Notes under the pieces: generated by a model
Told to the model about the DNA's origin: nothing
Database searches by the model: none
Seen by the model: only the letters and a program-made list of their open reading frames with translations
Translations under genes and position numbers: made by a program
In this document: positions 1 through 9,996 of the stretch, piece by piece
Numbering within the stretch: the first letter of the stretch is position 1
How the letters are laid out: each line of letters opens with the position of its first letter
DNA from: Oceanispirochaeta sp.
GTDB taxonomy: Bacteria; Spirochaetota; Spirochaetia; DSM-2461
Reading direction: 5' to 3'
Assembly: GCA_963663385.2 (NCBI GenBank)
Contig: CAXXXD010000004.1
Span: forward strand, 864,001 to 928,000
Length of the DNA stretch: 64,000 nucleotides

Positions 1-1706
1 GCCAGGCTCTCATGAACCTTCTCTTTAAGGACAAAGGAGGACGGTTCAATTTCATAATTCCCCGATTCGATACGGGAAAGATTTAAAACATCGGATATTA
101 AACTCAGCAGGTGCTCCGACTCTGCCAGTATCTTTTTATTATACTGATGCTGAACCTCTCTGTCCTCTGTTCTGTCGATCAGTTCGGCAAATCCTATAAT
201 TCCTCCGAGAGGGGTTCTCAGCTCATGGCTGATATTGGCCAGAAACCGGGACTTGGCCTTGTTGGCATATTCCGCGATGGTCATGGCTTCCTTCAGGTCG
301 GTAGTCCTTTTTTCAACCTCTTTTTCGAGGTATCTGTTTTCATTCTGGAGCCTGTCTCTCAGGATCTCATTGCTGATATCCTTCTCTTTTTTATAGCGGA
401 CAATATCCTGTCCGATTGCTGCTGCCAGAAGGGTGCTCTGTATCATATCAGTAAGGTAACGGATTTCTATGTAAGGCATTAAGGACTGCATGTCTGAATA
501 AATACCCGGGGCAATGGCGAAGATCGCTTCAACCAGAAAATAAGGCGTAAACGCCAGAAGGTATAAATTGGCGATTTTATTGCTGTTTGACATGCCATAA
601 AATATGTAAAGGTATACTATTATTGTGTTTATGCTTATTGATGTAAAAACAATTATCTGTCTGTACTGAAACGGCAGATACAGTATTCCCGAGAGAAATG
701 CCGAAACTATATAAAATACATACAGGCGATTTGTCACAGAATCCAGGATGTTTTTCTTTTTTGTATCGTATCGGTTGGTCAGGGTCTTCCGAATAAAATG
801 TACGCCGCAAATCTGCAGGCCTGCCAGGACAAACGAATAAATGAAATTCTCAAGGTAGAACATCCCCGCCCAGAACTTCCATAGATTGATCTGGGTCGTA
901 ATCATTCTGTTTAACATAAGGAAAAAAATAAAAAGGATGTAGTAATAATATCGTTCTTCCCGGGACGAAAGGTAAACCATTATATGAAAGATCAGGATTG
1001 CTGCGAAGAAACCGGTAAATATCCCTTTGGAATGGTACCTCAGAGAGAACTCATTCGTATAGGATTCGAATTTCAGTGCCGAAAAATCCAGTTTGATCCG
1101 GCGTTTAAACCTGGCTGTCATCTTAATATAGATTTGTGAGTTTTCCAGAAGGGTATTGGGCAGCAGGATATATATTTCCGGATCATTGGCAAATAAACGG
1201 GAATCATTTTCAATTCGCCTGTAAGAAGTTGTATAGGATCCTGTTTTGTCGGGAATATAGGCGCTGATGATGGTACTGTTAAAAGGGGTGGTCAGCAGAA
1301 TCGGCTTATCTGAGAATATCTTTTCAACTGTCAATCTCACCCAGACAGATTCAACATCTACTCCCTTTTCATCATAGTAGGGAAAGTATTTCTCTGTTAT
1401 ATTCTCGTCCCAGAGGGAACGGAACTGCCTGTTGTATCCTTCGTTTAAAATATCATTCAGACTGAGGCTGTTTTCTGCATCCGGCAGGTATTCTATGGCT
1501 TTCCCCAGTTGAAGCCTGCCTGTATTATCCCCCAGAATCAGTTCTTCTGCCGGGTCATAGGATTTAAACTGGATAATGGAAGAACCGGAACTGTCCGGTA
1601 TATCTCTGAGGAATAGAGCCAATAATGTCAGGAGAAGTAAAAACAGAACCGTAACAGTGATAACGGGTCTCTTCAGGTTTTTTATAGAGGGGGAGATCTT
1701 TTTCAT
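1..1706 (-). CDS. Membrane sensor histidine kinase (N-terminal TM, extracytoplasmic region, multi-TM segment, HisKA); runs off the left edge
   Basis: Not in the ORF track (no stop in window). Manual minus-strand translation from ATG at 1706 gives MKKISPSIKNLKRPVITVTVLFLLLLTLLAL, later the H-box KAKSRFLANISHELRTPLGGIIGFAELI (~185-260) and LLSLISDVLNLSRIESG (~60-110). Confidence 0.85.
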   Translation of the reverse strand, partial: MKKISPSIKNLKRPVITVTVLFLLLLTLLALFLRDIPDSSGSSIIQFKSYDPAEELILGDNTGRLQLGKAIEYLPDAENSLSLNDILNEGYNRQFRSLWDENITEKYFPYYDEKGVDVESVWVRLTVEKIFSDKPILLTTPFNSTIISAYIPDKTGSYTTSYRRIENDSRLFANDPEIYILLPNTLLENSQIYIKMTARFKRRIKLDFSALKFESYTNEFSLRYHSKGIFTGFFAAILIFHIMVYLSSREERYYYYILFIFFLMLNRMITTQINLWKFWAGMFYLENFIYSFVLAGLQICGVHFIRKTLTNRYDTKKKNILDSVTNRLYVFYIVSAFLSGILYLPFQYRQIIVFTSISINTIIVYLYIFYGMSNSNKIANLYLLAFTPYFLVEAIFAIAPGIYSDMQSLMPYIEIRYLTDMIQSTLLAAAIGQDIVRYKKEKDISNEILRDRLQNENRYLEKEVEKRTTDLKEAMTIAEYANKAKSRFLANISHELRTPLGGIIGFAELIDRTEDREVQHQYNKKILAESEHLLSLISDVLNLSRIESGNYEIEPSSFVLKEKVHESL

Positions 1707-1780
1707 TATTCAGTTTTGTCTTTCATCCGGATTTCTTACAGAGTATCATAGATTACGAATAATGAAAGGGCTATTTCCTA

Positions 1781-2512
1781 TTAATAGAACTGAATTAATA
1801 CATCATTCGCATTGAAGTTAACAGCTGTTACGCTCTGAGATATGGGGATAAGAGCTTTTGCCTCTATTTCAGTCCTTGTTTCTCCTGCCGCAAGTGCTGT
1901 GACGATTCCCGTAGTCCTGTCCAGAAGAGTTGTTCCGTTCCAAATCTCAAAGGGGATAAAAATCTGATCAATTAATACAGACGAACTGTTTCCTATCTGG
2001 TAAACAATGCGGAAGGGTTCTCCTTCTGTAGAGTCGGCAGTTTTCCAGGACGTAATACTTATGGCAAGATCTGCAACTGTCAGACTGCCGCCGGGATCTG
2101 TCTGAATTTCAAAGGATCTGGTAACGGTATTACTGTTATCTCTATTATCATCCCTGGCATAGATAGTAATTGTATGGGATCCGGTTTCCATCTCTTCCGT
2201 ACTGAAATTGGCTTTCCAGATAGTATTGCTGTAAATTGCAAAATCCCCAATGCCCAATGAGGCAACTTCGGTTCCCGCACTGTTTGTGACACTGATATTC
2301 AATGTATGAGCTATATTATCTTTATCGGAGACTCCGATAGCAAGGTATACCTCATCCCCCTGATAAACAGTATCCGTTTCCTCGCGAAAGGACGAGCTTG
2401 TCACCGTAATACCTGACAGTTCCACGCTGGATAATTCATCGGTAGAACTCAAGGTGCATCCTGATAGAAGAATGAGTAAAGCAGTGATGGAAAAGAGGAT
2501 AATACGTTTCAT
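1781..2512 (-). CDS. Hypothetical lipoprotein with Ig-like beta-sandwich domains
   Basis: 243-aa ORF; lipobox LLSG-C; Ig-like segment 'GSHTITIYARDDNRDN'. Confidence 0.7.
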   Translation of the reverse strand: MKRIILFSITALLILLSGCTLSSTDELSSVELSGITVTSSSFREETDTVYQGDEVYLAIGVSDKDNIAHTLNISVTNSAGTEVASLGIGDFAIYSNTIWKANFSTEEMETGSHTITIYARDDNRDNSNTVTRSFEIQTDPGGSLTVADLAISITSWKTADSTEGEPFRIVYQIGNSSSVLIDQIFIPFEIWNGTTLLDRTTGIVTALAAGETRTEIEAKALIPISQSVTAVNFNANDVLIQFY

Positions 2513-2732
2513 ACCGTCTTAATAAATTATAATATAAAGGAAGCTCAATGGAAATGCCTGTCTCATTAATAAAAATGATGAATAGATAGTGTTTTACGAA
2601 GTTCTACTGACAGAATCCCTGCTTTTGATCAGTTTTTTATAGAAAATTCAATCATGGATAGAGATTCTCCCGTCTACAAAACTGAAGACTGCTATTGTAC
2701 GTAGCAGGCAAAAAAAATTTTGGAGAATGTAA

Positions 2733-3374
2733 ATGAAAAAAATTTTAGTTACCCTTCTTTTTGTGTCATCTCTTTTTGCATCATGTGCCACCAGCAAAGT
2801 TTCCATGTCGGATTCTGAGTACAGTATCACAGATCAGGATGTTGCCATGATGGAAATGGAATTTTCTGAGAGGGGTCTGCCTTCCCTGCCTTTGATTGAT
2901 GCCGGACTGTATAAAAGTGCCGTTTCTTCAGTAGCAGATTCCCTGAATGGGGTGGAAGATAAGAAGCAGGTCGAGATGAATGAATTCTACAGGAACGAGA
3001 TAGCATCACGTCTTAAAAAGGAAATTGCCACTGTTCCCAACAATTTTTCGTCCCTTGATGAACCAGTGAATGCCAAACCAAGCGAGGAACTTAAATCCTG
3101 CTTTAAAGAGGCCCTTAAAGAGACAAATGCCGGGTATCTGCTGGTTCCCACTGCCCGGGTTGTTACAACCGGTGTCAGTGCGTTCGGTATCAAGGGCGCT
3201 TCTGTTCTGGAGTCGAAACTCTTTATTTTCGACAGAAACGGAGAGCTGGTCAGTGACGGGTATTACAGAACCAAACCGGTAAATGGCAAGCCTAAAGATG
3301 TTGCCGCCTACGAAGATGTCATCAATCAGTATGAAACTCTCGCTCCGGAACTGTTTAACCTGATGATTCATTAA
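2733..3374 (+). CDS. Hypothetical lipoprotein
   Basis: 213-aa ORF; MKK + hydrophobic stretch + FAS-C lipobox; GGAG RBS upstream. Confidence 0.75.
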   Translation: MKKILVTLLFVSSLFASCATSKVSMSDSEYSITDQDVAMMEMEFSERGLPSLPLIDAGLYKSAVSSVADSLNGVEDKKQVEMNEFYRNEIASRLKKEIATVPNNFSSLDEPVNAKPSEELKSCFKEALKETNAGYLLVPTARVVTTGVSAFGIKGASVLESKLFIFDRNGELVSDGYYRTKPVNGKPKDVAAYEDVINQYETLAPELFNLMIH

Positions 3375-3487
3375 ATTTCCGGTTAAAACCGCAGACGGTC
3401 TGTTCCTGAAGTATCCGGGACAGGCCATTATTCAGTTTTATCCGGATTGGACATATAAACATGAAGCCAAAGAGTCCCTGTTGATGA

Positions 3488-3943
3488 TCAGCAGGCCAGT
3501 TCCTTCTGTTTCTTTCTGATGCCTTTTTCCACATTCCCCTTTCTCGCCAGCGTATGCTCCGGATCGTTTCCCCGGTATATTGTTTCGATGTTATCCAGAT
3601 AGAGATGAGAGAGGGAGAGCAGCTCCCTCAGCGTTATAATCTGATTTTCCTGTAGATTCATGGCTTTCATGATTCCGGCATCCAGATAATTGTTGAACTC
3701 TTCCTTTGATGTGAAGTCGGTTCTGTGATCGATTGTATCGATGCAGTGGCCGGCGGAGAGTTTATTGCAGCAGCAGCATACAGCATCATTATCAACAATC
3801 AGTTTCATCTCCGAAATCTCATTATTGTATATCCGGTTTCCTGTCATATGGTAGGAATGGCCGTAGGGGTGTGGCTTCAGCTCCTTGCCGCTTCCATAAT
3901 CCCGGAGGATATCGAAGAAGTGGTGAATTCTTATATTTAACAT
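3488..3943 (-). CDS. DUF1284-like putative metal-binding protein
   Basis: N-terminal R-x-HH, central 'DAVCCCC...C' pattern reminiscent of DUF1284 proteins. Confidence 0.55.
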   Translation of the reverse strand: MLNIRIHHFFDILRDYGSGKELKPHPYGHSYHMTGNRIYNNEISEMKLIVDNDAVCCCCNKLSAGHCIDTIDHRTDFTSKEEFNNYLDAGIMKAMNLQENQIITLRELLSLSHLYLDNIETIYRGNDPEHTLARKGNVEKGIRKKQKELAC

Positions 3944-4037
3944 ATCGTTTCTGTAAATACCTTTTGCCGCTATAAAATGCCTGCGATTAACGGAATCTGA
4001 ATCGCAGTTCCTGTTACTTATTCTTAATCCATTGATG

Positions 4038-4601
4038 CTAGTCAGTTATCGCGAAGGAAAACTCACAAACTTCAGAATCCTGGTAATTTCTGACTGTCAG
4101 GACTTTTCCTAATTTACAGCCCAGAGCAGCAGCGATCTCTTCAGCCTGATTTGTCGCCTGGTCAAGCAGTACCTGAATGCTTTCTTTTTCTTTGCCGGGA
4201 TAAATATTCATATAGATCCCGGTTGCTCCCAGAGCCTGCAGTTCATTTATCAGTGTATCTGAATCGATATTATCGTTCACCAGGACAGATAACGACTTTA
4301 TGGATATAAAATGATTCTTCTCCACGTCAGGATTTCTGTCCTGGTGTGTAGAGCTGCTGTTGAGAGAATAGGAAAGACCTTTCTCATCAAGGTAGGCGGA
4401 TATTGTATCCAGAGCTGTGTCTGTCTCCCTCTCTGCTTCCTTCTGATCTATATTTGACTTCTCAATCGAAACATCCAGCTGATTGTTTCCCATAAAATAA
4501 TAAGAACCGACAGTCACTGTGATACTTCGCTGAACAGGAACTGTGATGCAGCCTGTCAGTAAAATGGTAAATGCCAGAATTGCCGATATTTTTTTAAACA
4601 T
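4038..4601 (-). CDS. SIMPL (DUF541)-like lipoprotein
   Basis: Start moved to ATG 4601 (AGGAG RBS, MFKK..LTG-C lipobox); 'RSITVTV' and 'LDQATNQAEEIAAALGCKLGKVLTV' match SIMPL-family motifs. Confidence 0.65.
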   Translation of the reverse strand: MFKKISAILAFTILLTGCITVPVQRSITVTVGSYYFMGNNQLDVSIEKSNIDQKEAERETDTALDTISAYLDEKGLSYSLNSSSTHQDRNPDVEKNHFISIKSLSVLVNDNIDSDTLINELQALGATGIYMNIYPGKEKESIQVLLDQATNQAEEIAAALGCKLGKVLTVRNYQDSEVCEFSFAITD

Positions 4602-4920
4602 ATAGTTATCTCTCCTGTCTGCAATTTCAGAGAATCCGAGATGAATATATAAGTTCATGCGGTAAATGTAAACAGTGTTTGACTGAAAACAGTTTTGCCT
4701 ACTTTTTGCTTTTGTCTGAATAGTGTACATGCAGTTATTTTGCATATATAAAATGTTTCTGATTTTTCCGTATAAATCCTGTATAAAAAAACATTAATAA
4801 ATCTATAATCTCATATTATTTATATTCAATTAAATTTTTATAATATATAGATTTAGCATATTTTTTACTTGAAAAGCAGATTGGTAAATTCTTATATTAT
4901 AAAAAATTAAAAGATTTTTG

Positions 4921-4954
4921 TTGACATTTTTAGCAATCGTTCTATCCTTATACT
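4921..4954 (+). promoter_or_regulatory. Possible sigma70-type promoter for the HD-GYP gene
   Basis: Perfect TTGACA (4921) with TATCCT at 16 bp spacing in a very AT-rich intergenic region. Confidence 0.35.
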
Positions 4955-5150
4955 GAGTTAATAAAGTCACTATGGTTATTGTAGAAAAAAATATGTATTA
5001 ATATTAAAAATTTTGGAACAGCATATGGATAAAAGGTGTCTTTAAATAAACATTAAATATCTTTAAAGTTCTCCAGAATGCCGAGGCTAATACAACTGAA
5101 ATAAGAAATTCTCTCCAAGATGAGATTATCGATTATTAAGGAAAGGTTTT

Positions 5151-6875
5151 ATGATGGAATACACGGTGGCAAAACCAAAATTGAAGAAATCTGTTTTATA
5201 TTTGAGTATTGTTTTGATTCTCATGATCCTCTTTTTTGTTGTCTGTCGGGATTATTCATATAAGAAAACCAGTATCCATGTAAATGAAACTCTTTTGATC
5301 ATAGATAAGATCCTTTATGAAGATCGTGATGTCATCTCTACTGATAATCAGGTTAATGAAAGTTATATCAGTAACTTATATTCAAGATTAGCCCTTCATG
5401 TATCCTCGCTTGATCCGCAGATGAAAAAGGGGATACATCCATTAGAACTGAGTTCCCTGTCAGATTGTCCCTGCTCCGGAAATCAGAAATGTTTAGCCGA
5501 TTTGTCAATTCAAATCAAAAGAAATATGGCCAGAGAGCAGAGTAGTTTACTGCACAATGATGCCTTATTATTCATTGTACTGATCCTGGCTTTAAGTGTC
5601 TATTTTAGAATCTTTTCAACAGGTCGAGTCTATACCGATATGAGTCTTTCAAAGAAAGCTATAGAATGCTTAAGATCAATTGGTAGGGTCGTAGAAATTG
5701 ATGAGAGTTCTTTCTCTGACTTAGAAAAATTTTCTTCAGAAATTTGCCATGAGATCCTATTTGAACGCCAAATCCGGGAGATCGATATCCATGGTGATCT
5801 CGATCATGTTTTAATCAAGCTGAGGCAGATCCTCAAAAAGGAAATGGCGTGCGACAGAATCGGTTTAGCTTTCCTTGATCGGAAGGGGGAACTCTCGACT
5901 GAGACAACCTATAGTAATTTCCATGATATTCAAATGGAAAAACTTTTCAGCACGAGTGTTGATGGGACGCTTTTGGCAAATCTTTTAGGGGATAGAAAAA
6001 GTCTAATTATTAATGATCTTGTCGCTTTTGCAGAGAAGCATGATGTTTCTCAGTCTGCAAGGGCTGTCATTCAGGATGGGTATCGATCCAGTATTATAAT
6101 TCCCATCCGGTTTGAAGGTCATAAGGTCGGATACGTTATTGTCCTGAGAAAAGAGGGGGAATTTACTGTTAAGGATTCTTCCTTTGTAAGCCGGGTGGTC
6201 GAACTATTAAAACATAAACTTTATATGGAATACATACTTCAATATATTGTAGCTCATACCTCCCTGGCCTTTGTTAAATTACTGCATGAAAGGGATAATG
6301 AAACAGCCTTTCATATCCAGCGAATGACCCGTTACTCCACAATTTTAGCCTGCAAGTATATCGAAAGGAATAGGGAGGTATCAGCCAGATTAGTTCGGGA
6401 GATTCGATGGTTTGCCCCCCTTCATGACATAGGAAAGATCGGGATCCCCGATCATGTTCTTATGAAACCAGATAAACTGAATGTTGAAGAGTGGGAGCGG
6501 ATGCAAGACCATGTTCTGATAGGAGAACGGGTCATCCGACAGATAAGCGATGATATATCTGAGTACCTTTCCCTGTCTTTAATGGATACGGCTGTTGATA
6601 TTATCGGGAGTCATCACGAGAAATATGACGGTACGGGTTATCCCAGGGGACGAGAAGGAGAGGAGATTCCTCTGGCGGGACGCATTGTGGCTTTGGCAGA
6701 TGTATTTGATGCTCTTACATCCAGGAGAACTTACAAGGAGGCTTATTCATTCAATAAAGCTGTACACGTAATGAAAAACAATATGGAGGGCCATTTTGAT
6801 CCCGAGGTATTCGCATGTTTTCTGGAATGCCTGGATGAAATTGAAAAAGTTTTTGAAAGCCTGAAAGAGATATAA
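5151..6875 (+). CDS. Membrane-bound GAF + HD-GYP cyclic-dinucleotide phosphodiesterase
   Basis: Two N-terminal TM segments, GAF-like middle, HDIGKIGIPD, HHEKYDGTGYP and ADVFDALTSRRTYK motifs. Confidence 0.9.
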   Translation: MMEYTVAKPKLKKSVLYLSIVLILMILFFVVCRDYSYKKTSIHVNETLLIIDKILYEDRDVISTDNQVNESYISNLYSRLALHVSSLDPQMKKGIHPLELSSLSDCPCSGNQKCLADLSIQIKRNMAREQSSLLHNDALLFIVLILALSVYFRIFSTGRVYTDMSLSKKAIECLRSIGRVVEIDESSFSDLEKFSSEICHEILFERQIREIDIHGDLDHVLIKLRQILKKEMACDRIGLAFLDRKGELSTETTYSNFHDIQMEKLFSTSVDGTLLANLLGDRKSLIINDLVAFAEKHDVSQSARAVIQDGYRSSIIIPIRFEGHKVGYVIVLRKEGEFTVKDSSFVSRVVELLKHKLYMEYILQYIVAHTSLAFVKLLHERDNETAFHIQRMTRYSTILACKYIERNREVSARLVREIRWFAPLHDIGKIGIPDHVLMKPDKLNVEEWERMQDHVLIGERVIRQISDDISEYLSLSLMDTAVDIIGSHHEKYDGTGYPRGREGEEIPLAGRIVALADVFDALTSRRTYKEAYSFNKAVHVMKNNMEGHFDPEVFACFLECLDEIEKVFESLKEI

Positions 6876-6940
6876 GCCGTTTTTTTCTTTTATTTCCTGA
6901 GTTACCCTATTATACCCCCTGACTTCTCCGCATACGAATC

Positions 6941-7054
6941 CTATCCGAGCCCTCCAATTCTCTTCTCAAGTTCTTCCTGACTCATCTCGATTATTGTGCT
7001 AACTGAGGCGTTCATAGCCTTCGCTATCGATTTTACGGTATCATGGTTCTGATG
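6941..7054 (-). pseudogene. Possible C-terminal remnant of an XRE-type HTH regulator
   Basis: Fragment HQNHDTVKSIAKAMNASVSTIIEMSQEELEKRIGGLG* bounded upstream by an in-frame TGA; resembles the 'T-L-x-K-I-A-x-A-L-x-V-S-V' C-terminal XRE helices. Confidence 0.35.
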
Positions 7055-7115
7055 TCAGGATATAGTTGTTATTCTATTCAAATGATAACACCACCAGGAC
7101 CTGAGGAGACTGATA

Positions 7116-9695
7116 ATGAAGCAACTGAAAAAAACATGGTTGAGAAGTTTTTTAGGACGGGAAAGGGAGTTTAGCGAATTAAAGAGCCAATTCCTGGAAT
7201 TTCAGAAAACTCAAAGTCCATCCTGTACATTATTGCTTGGAGAATCTGGAGTCGGGAAGACAAGGCTTATACATGAATTTTACAGCTGGCTTGTAAAAAC
7301 ACAACAGGGGAAAGCCAAAATCTACTGGCCGGATAAATTGAGCATTATTGGTGATAATCTCGCCATTAATCCTTTTTTTGATCAGCAGGAAAAAGATTGG
7401 AGTATCCTGCCTCCCTTTATATGGTGGGGACTCCGTTTTTCAAAACAAATACAAAGAAATAGAGCAGGTGATTGTGCTTTGGATAGTTATCTGCCAGCTC
7501 TGATACCGCATTTCTTTCCCCTGGAATTAAAAAAGAGAAAAGAAAAAACAAAAAAGAAGCTGACTTATTCTTCATTGGATATCGGTGCAAACATTATTCT
7601 CAATTTCGCGACCCTGGGAATCACAGGATTATTGAAATCGGCCGTTGATACGGGTTTGCAGATATCAGAAGTGGTCAAATATGTAGAAGAAACAAAAAGA
7701 ATGGAACATTTGGCGGGAAGAGGAGGTGTCTCACAACGATTATCCAATCGAATAGACTCGGTTATTCATGACCTTGAAATGTATTTCAAATCTGTAGAGG
7801 ACAGTTTTTGGGTTCTGGTCCTCGATGATCTTCAGTGGGTTAACGATGATGAAGACAGTTTTGTTTTTTTAGAGAAATTCTTTCAGGTCATTGCTGATAA
7901 GAACCTGCCGGTATTCGTCATCGCTACCTGTTGGCCGCTGGAATGGAAAGAAGATGAAAAAAACAGTGCCAAAAAAGATGATCTTTCCTTTTCTGAACTG
8001 TTAAAACGTAATTTCAGTGGCAATTCCGGGAAATCCGGCCAATTGAACTCCATTGATATCAGCGAGAAAATTGACCTGTCTCCCATGCTCAAAAAAGCCC
8101 TTCCGGGTTTGACCGGGAAACAAGTCAGTCTGATACTGGACAAAGCTGACGGTAATCCACAGCTCCTTGATGAAATTATCAGTTACTTTCGCGAATCCGG
8201 ACACTTGTTTGTCGGCAGGAAAATTAGCAGTCGGCTTGTAGACGATACGGCTATAACAGAGAGTTCCCACGGGTTGGAGCTCTTTCTGCGAAAAAGGTAC
8301 TCCCTTCTTCCGGAAAGGCATAAGGAACTCACCAGTTTAATCACTCTTTTCAGGTCTATTAGCTTCTCCACGGCCTTTCTTCCCCTGCTTTACCGGAAAC
8401 TGGGGCGTAAAACTAAAATAAATAGTGTTTTAAAAGAATCATTTGATAAATATTCCATACTGTATAAGGAGCGATCAGGGCTGGACGAGTTCCGTCATCG
8501 GACTTATTTTGATTTATCCAGTGATTATTTTATATATGGCTGGGATATCTATGGAAAAGATGAGATAGAAAATCACTTTTTTCAAACATTGGAAGAATTC
8601 TGCAGAAGCGATTCCTTTTCAACGCTGTCTAATCAGGAAAAAAAATGGCTGCTGGTACAGGCTGTACAATACAGAAAGGATCACCTGGACAACGATAGCT
8701 CATTGGGAGTTTTCGCTGGAAATAAGCAGAAATTAATTTCACTGCTCATTGAAGATAAGAATGAAAGGTCTCTGAAAATTGAATGTGGTGATATGCTTCA
8801 GTTTATTACTGATACTCCTCACGGGCGATTGCCTGATGGATTCTTGATAGAGTTTGCCAGTACTGTTTCCATGGCTGAGAGCGATGTTAATCAGCATGAA
8901 TTCTGGAAGAAGGCATTTCTGACAGTTCAAGCTTCTGATAAGAGTAAAGAGCCATTGGATCTGGCTGCAAAATTCTATGCTCTGTCAAATATTGCCATAA
9001 GAATGAAACTCTATTCTCAGGCTGTGGAGACTGCCAATACCTGCTGGGACCTGGTCGTGCCCCTCTATCATGAGGATTGGGAACTTGATCACCTGCTCTA
9101 TTATCGTATTCAACAGATTCGATCCCTGCTTTTTAATGACCAGCGATCGGAGGCTGATGAAATTCTTCGATGGATAACTTTAAGGAATCTGCGCCTCAGG
9201 GAGCGGATTGAAAATCAGGAAGCAATATGCGGAAAGAAAAAAAATAAAATGTTATGGACCCACGAAAACATCGATTTCACTGTAGGCTGCTTTAAAGAAG
9301 AGCAAAGCTATCAAGTGAGCTTATACGATATTTTTACTAATGATGCACAGTCAATATCTTTTTTTACACCCTTCGGTCATATACAGGGAATATATTATGG
9401 GCCATTCTCCTATGAAGTAAGTGGTGAAGATCTGATCATCTTCCTTGGAGAAAAGGCCCGTTTCAGTTTTACCGGAGTAGAGGCTGACTGCCTTGAACAA
9501 ATTAACAATCTATCAGCCATAACTGTCTTTACCTTTGAAATTCCTTCCAGCTGCTGGCCGGTTTTGGATAGCACCAGGGATATACAAAAGGAAGTAAAAC
9601 GATACGGCTCTCCCGTAGCCGCGACTCCTGTTTATAATAGATATTATGAGGGGGATCCTGTCTGTTGGGCTGAGTTAATCGGAGCTGAGGTGTAA
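7116..9695 (+). CDS. STAND/AAA_16-type P-loop NTPase with unrecognised C-terminal region
   Basis: FLGREREF, Walker A GESGVGKT, Walker B LVLDDLQW, GNP motif (ADGNPQLL); GAGGAG RBS. Confidence 0.85.
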   Translation: MKQLKKTWLRSFLGREREFSELKSQFLEFQKTQSPSCTLLLGESGVGKTRLIHEFYSWLVKTQQGKAKIYWPDKLSIIGDNLAINPFFDQQEKDWSILPPFIWWGLRFSKQIQRNRAGDCALDSYLPALIPHFFPLELKKRKEKTKKKLTYSSLDIGANIILNFATLGITGLLKSAVDTGLQISEVVKYVEETKRMEHLAGRGGVSQRLSNRIDSVIHDLEMYFKSVEDSFWVLVLDDLQWVNDDEDSFVFLEKFFQVIADKNLPVFVIATCWPLEWKEDEKNSAKKDDLSFSELLKRNFSGNSGKSGQLNSIDISEKIDLSPMLKKALPGLTGKQVSLILDKADGNPQLLDEIISYFRESGHLFVGRKISSRLVDDTAITESSHGLELFLRKRYSLLPERHKELTSLITLFRSISFSTAFLPLLYRKLGRKTKINSVLKESFDKYSILYKERSGLDEFRHRTYFDLSSDYFIYGWDIYGKDEIENHFFQTLEEFCRSDSFSTLSNQEKKWLLVQAVQYRKDHLDNDSSLGVFAGNKQKLISLLIEDKNERSLKIECGDMLQFITDTPHGRLPDGFLIEFASTVSMAESDVNQHEFWKKAFLTVQASDKSKEPLDLAAKFYALSNIAIRMKLYSQAVETANTCWDLVVPLYHEDWELDHLLYYRIQQIRSLLFNDQRSEADEILRWITLRNLRLRERIENQEAICGKKKNKMLWTHENIDFTVGCFKEEQSYQVSLYDIFTNDAQSISFFTPFGHIQGIYYGPFSYEVSGEDLIIFLGEKARFSFTGVEADCLEQINNLSAITVFTFEIPSSCWPVLDSTRDIQKEVKRYGSPVAATPVYNRYYEGDPVCWAELIGAEV

Positions 9696-9730
9696 ATCGT
9701 TATTCTTTAATTATCCGTATGGACTCAGCT

Positions 9731-9767
9731 AAAAAAAAGCCCAGCGTGAAGCTGAGCTTTTTTTTTT
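9731..9767. terminator. Bidirectional intrinsic terminator between the ATPase gene and tRNA-Arg
   Basis: A8-GCCCAGC-gtgaa-GCTGAGC-T10 hairpin flanked by A and T tracts. Confidence 0.8.
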
Positions 9768-9840
9768 ACGTCCAAGAGGATTCGAACCTCTGACCCTCGG
9801 CTTAGAAGGCCGATGCTCTATCCAGCTGAGCTATGGACGC
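9767..9840 (-). tRNA. tRNA-Arg (anticodon UCU)
   Basis: Reverse complement GCGTCCATAGCTCAGCTGGATAGAGCATCGGCCTTCTAAGCCGAGGGTCAGAGGTTCGAATCCTCTTGGACGTA folds as a cloverleaf; CCA not encoded. Confidence 0.95.
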
Positions 9841-9923
9841 TCGTTAATAATTTACGGGATAAAAAAGGCGTAACTGAAGGACGACTCTGTTCCCGACTGA
9901 TTATGCAAAAGCATAACCGGTAG

Positions 9924-9996
9924 TCGGGATAGCAGGACTCGAACCTGCGATTTCCTGCTCCCAAAGCAGGCGCCTTAGCCACTAGGCTATATCCCG
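9924..9996 (-). tRNA. tRNA-Pro (anticodon UGG)
   Basis: Reverse complement CGGGATATAGCCTAGTGGCTAAGGCGCCTGCTTTGGGAGCAGGAAATCGCAGGTTCGAGTCCTGCTATCCCGA; CCA not encoded. Confidence 0.95.

Noticed and set aside
111..1815. Short ORFs 111-482, 577-810 and 1576-1815
   Set aside because: They overlap the histidine kinase frame that the track missed because it runs off the window edge.
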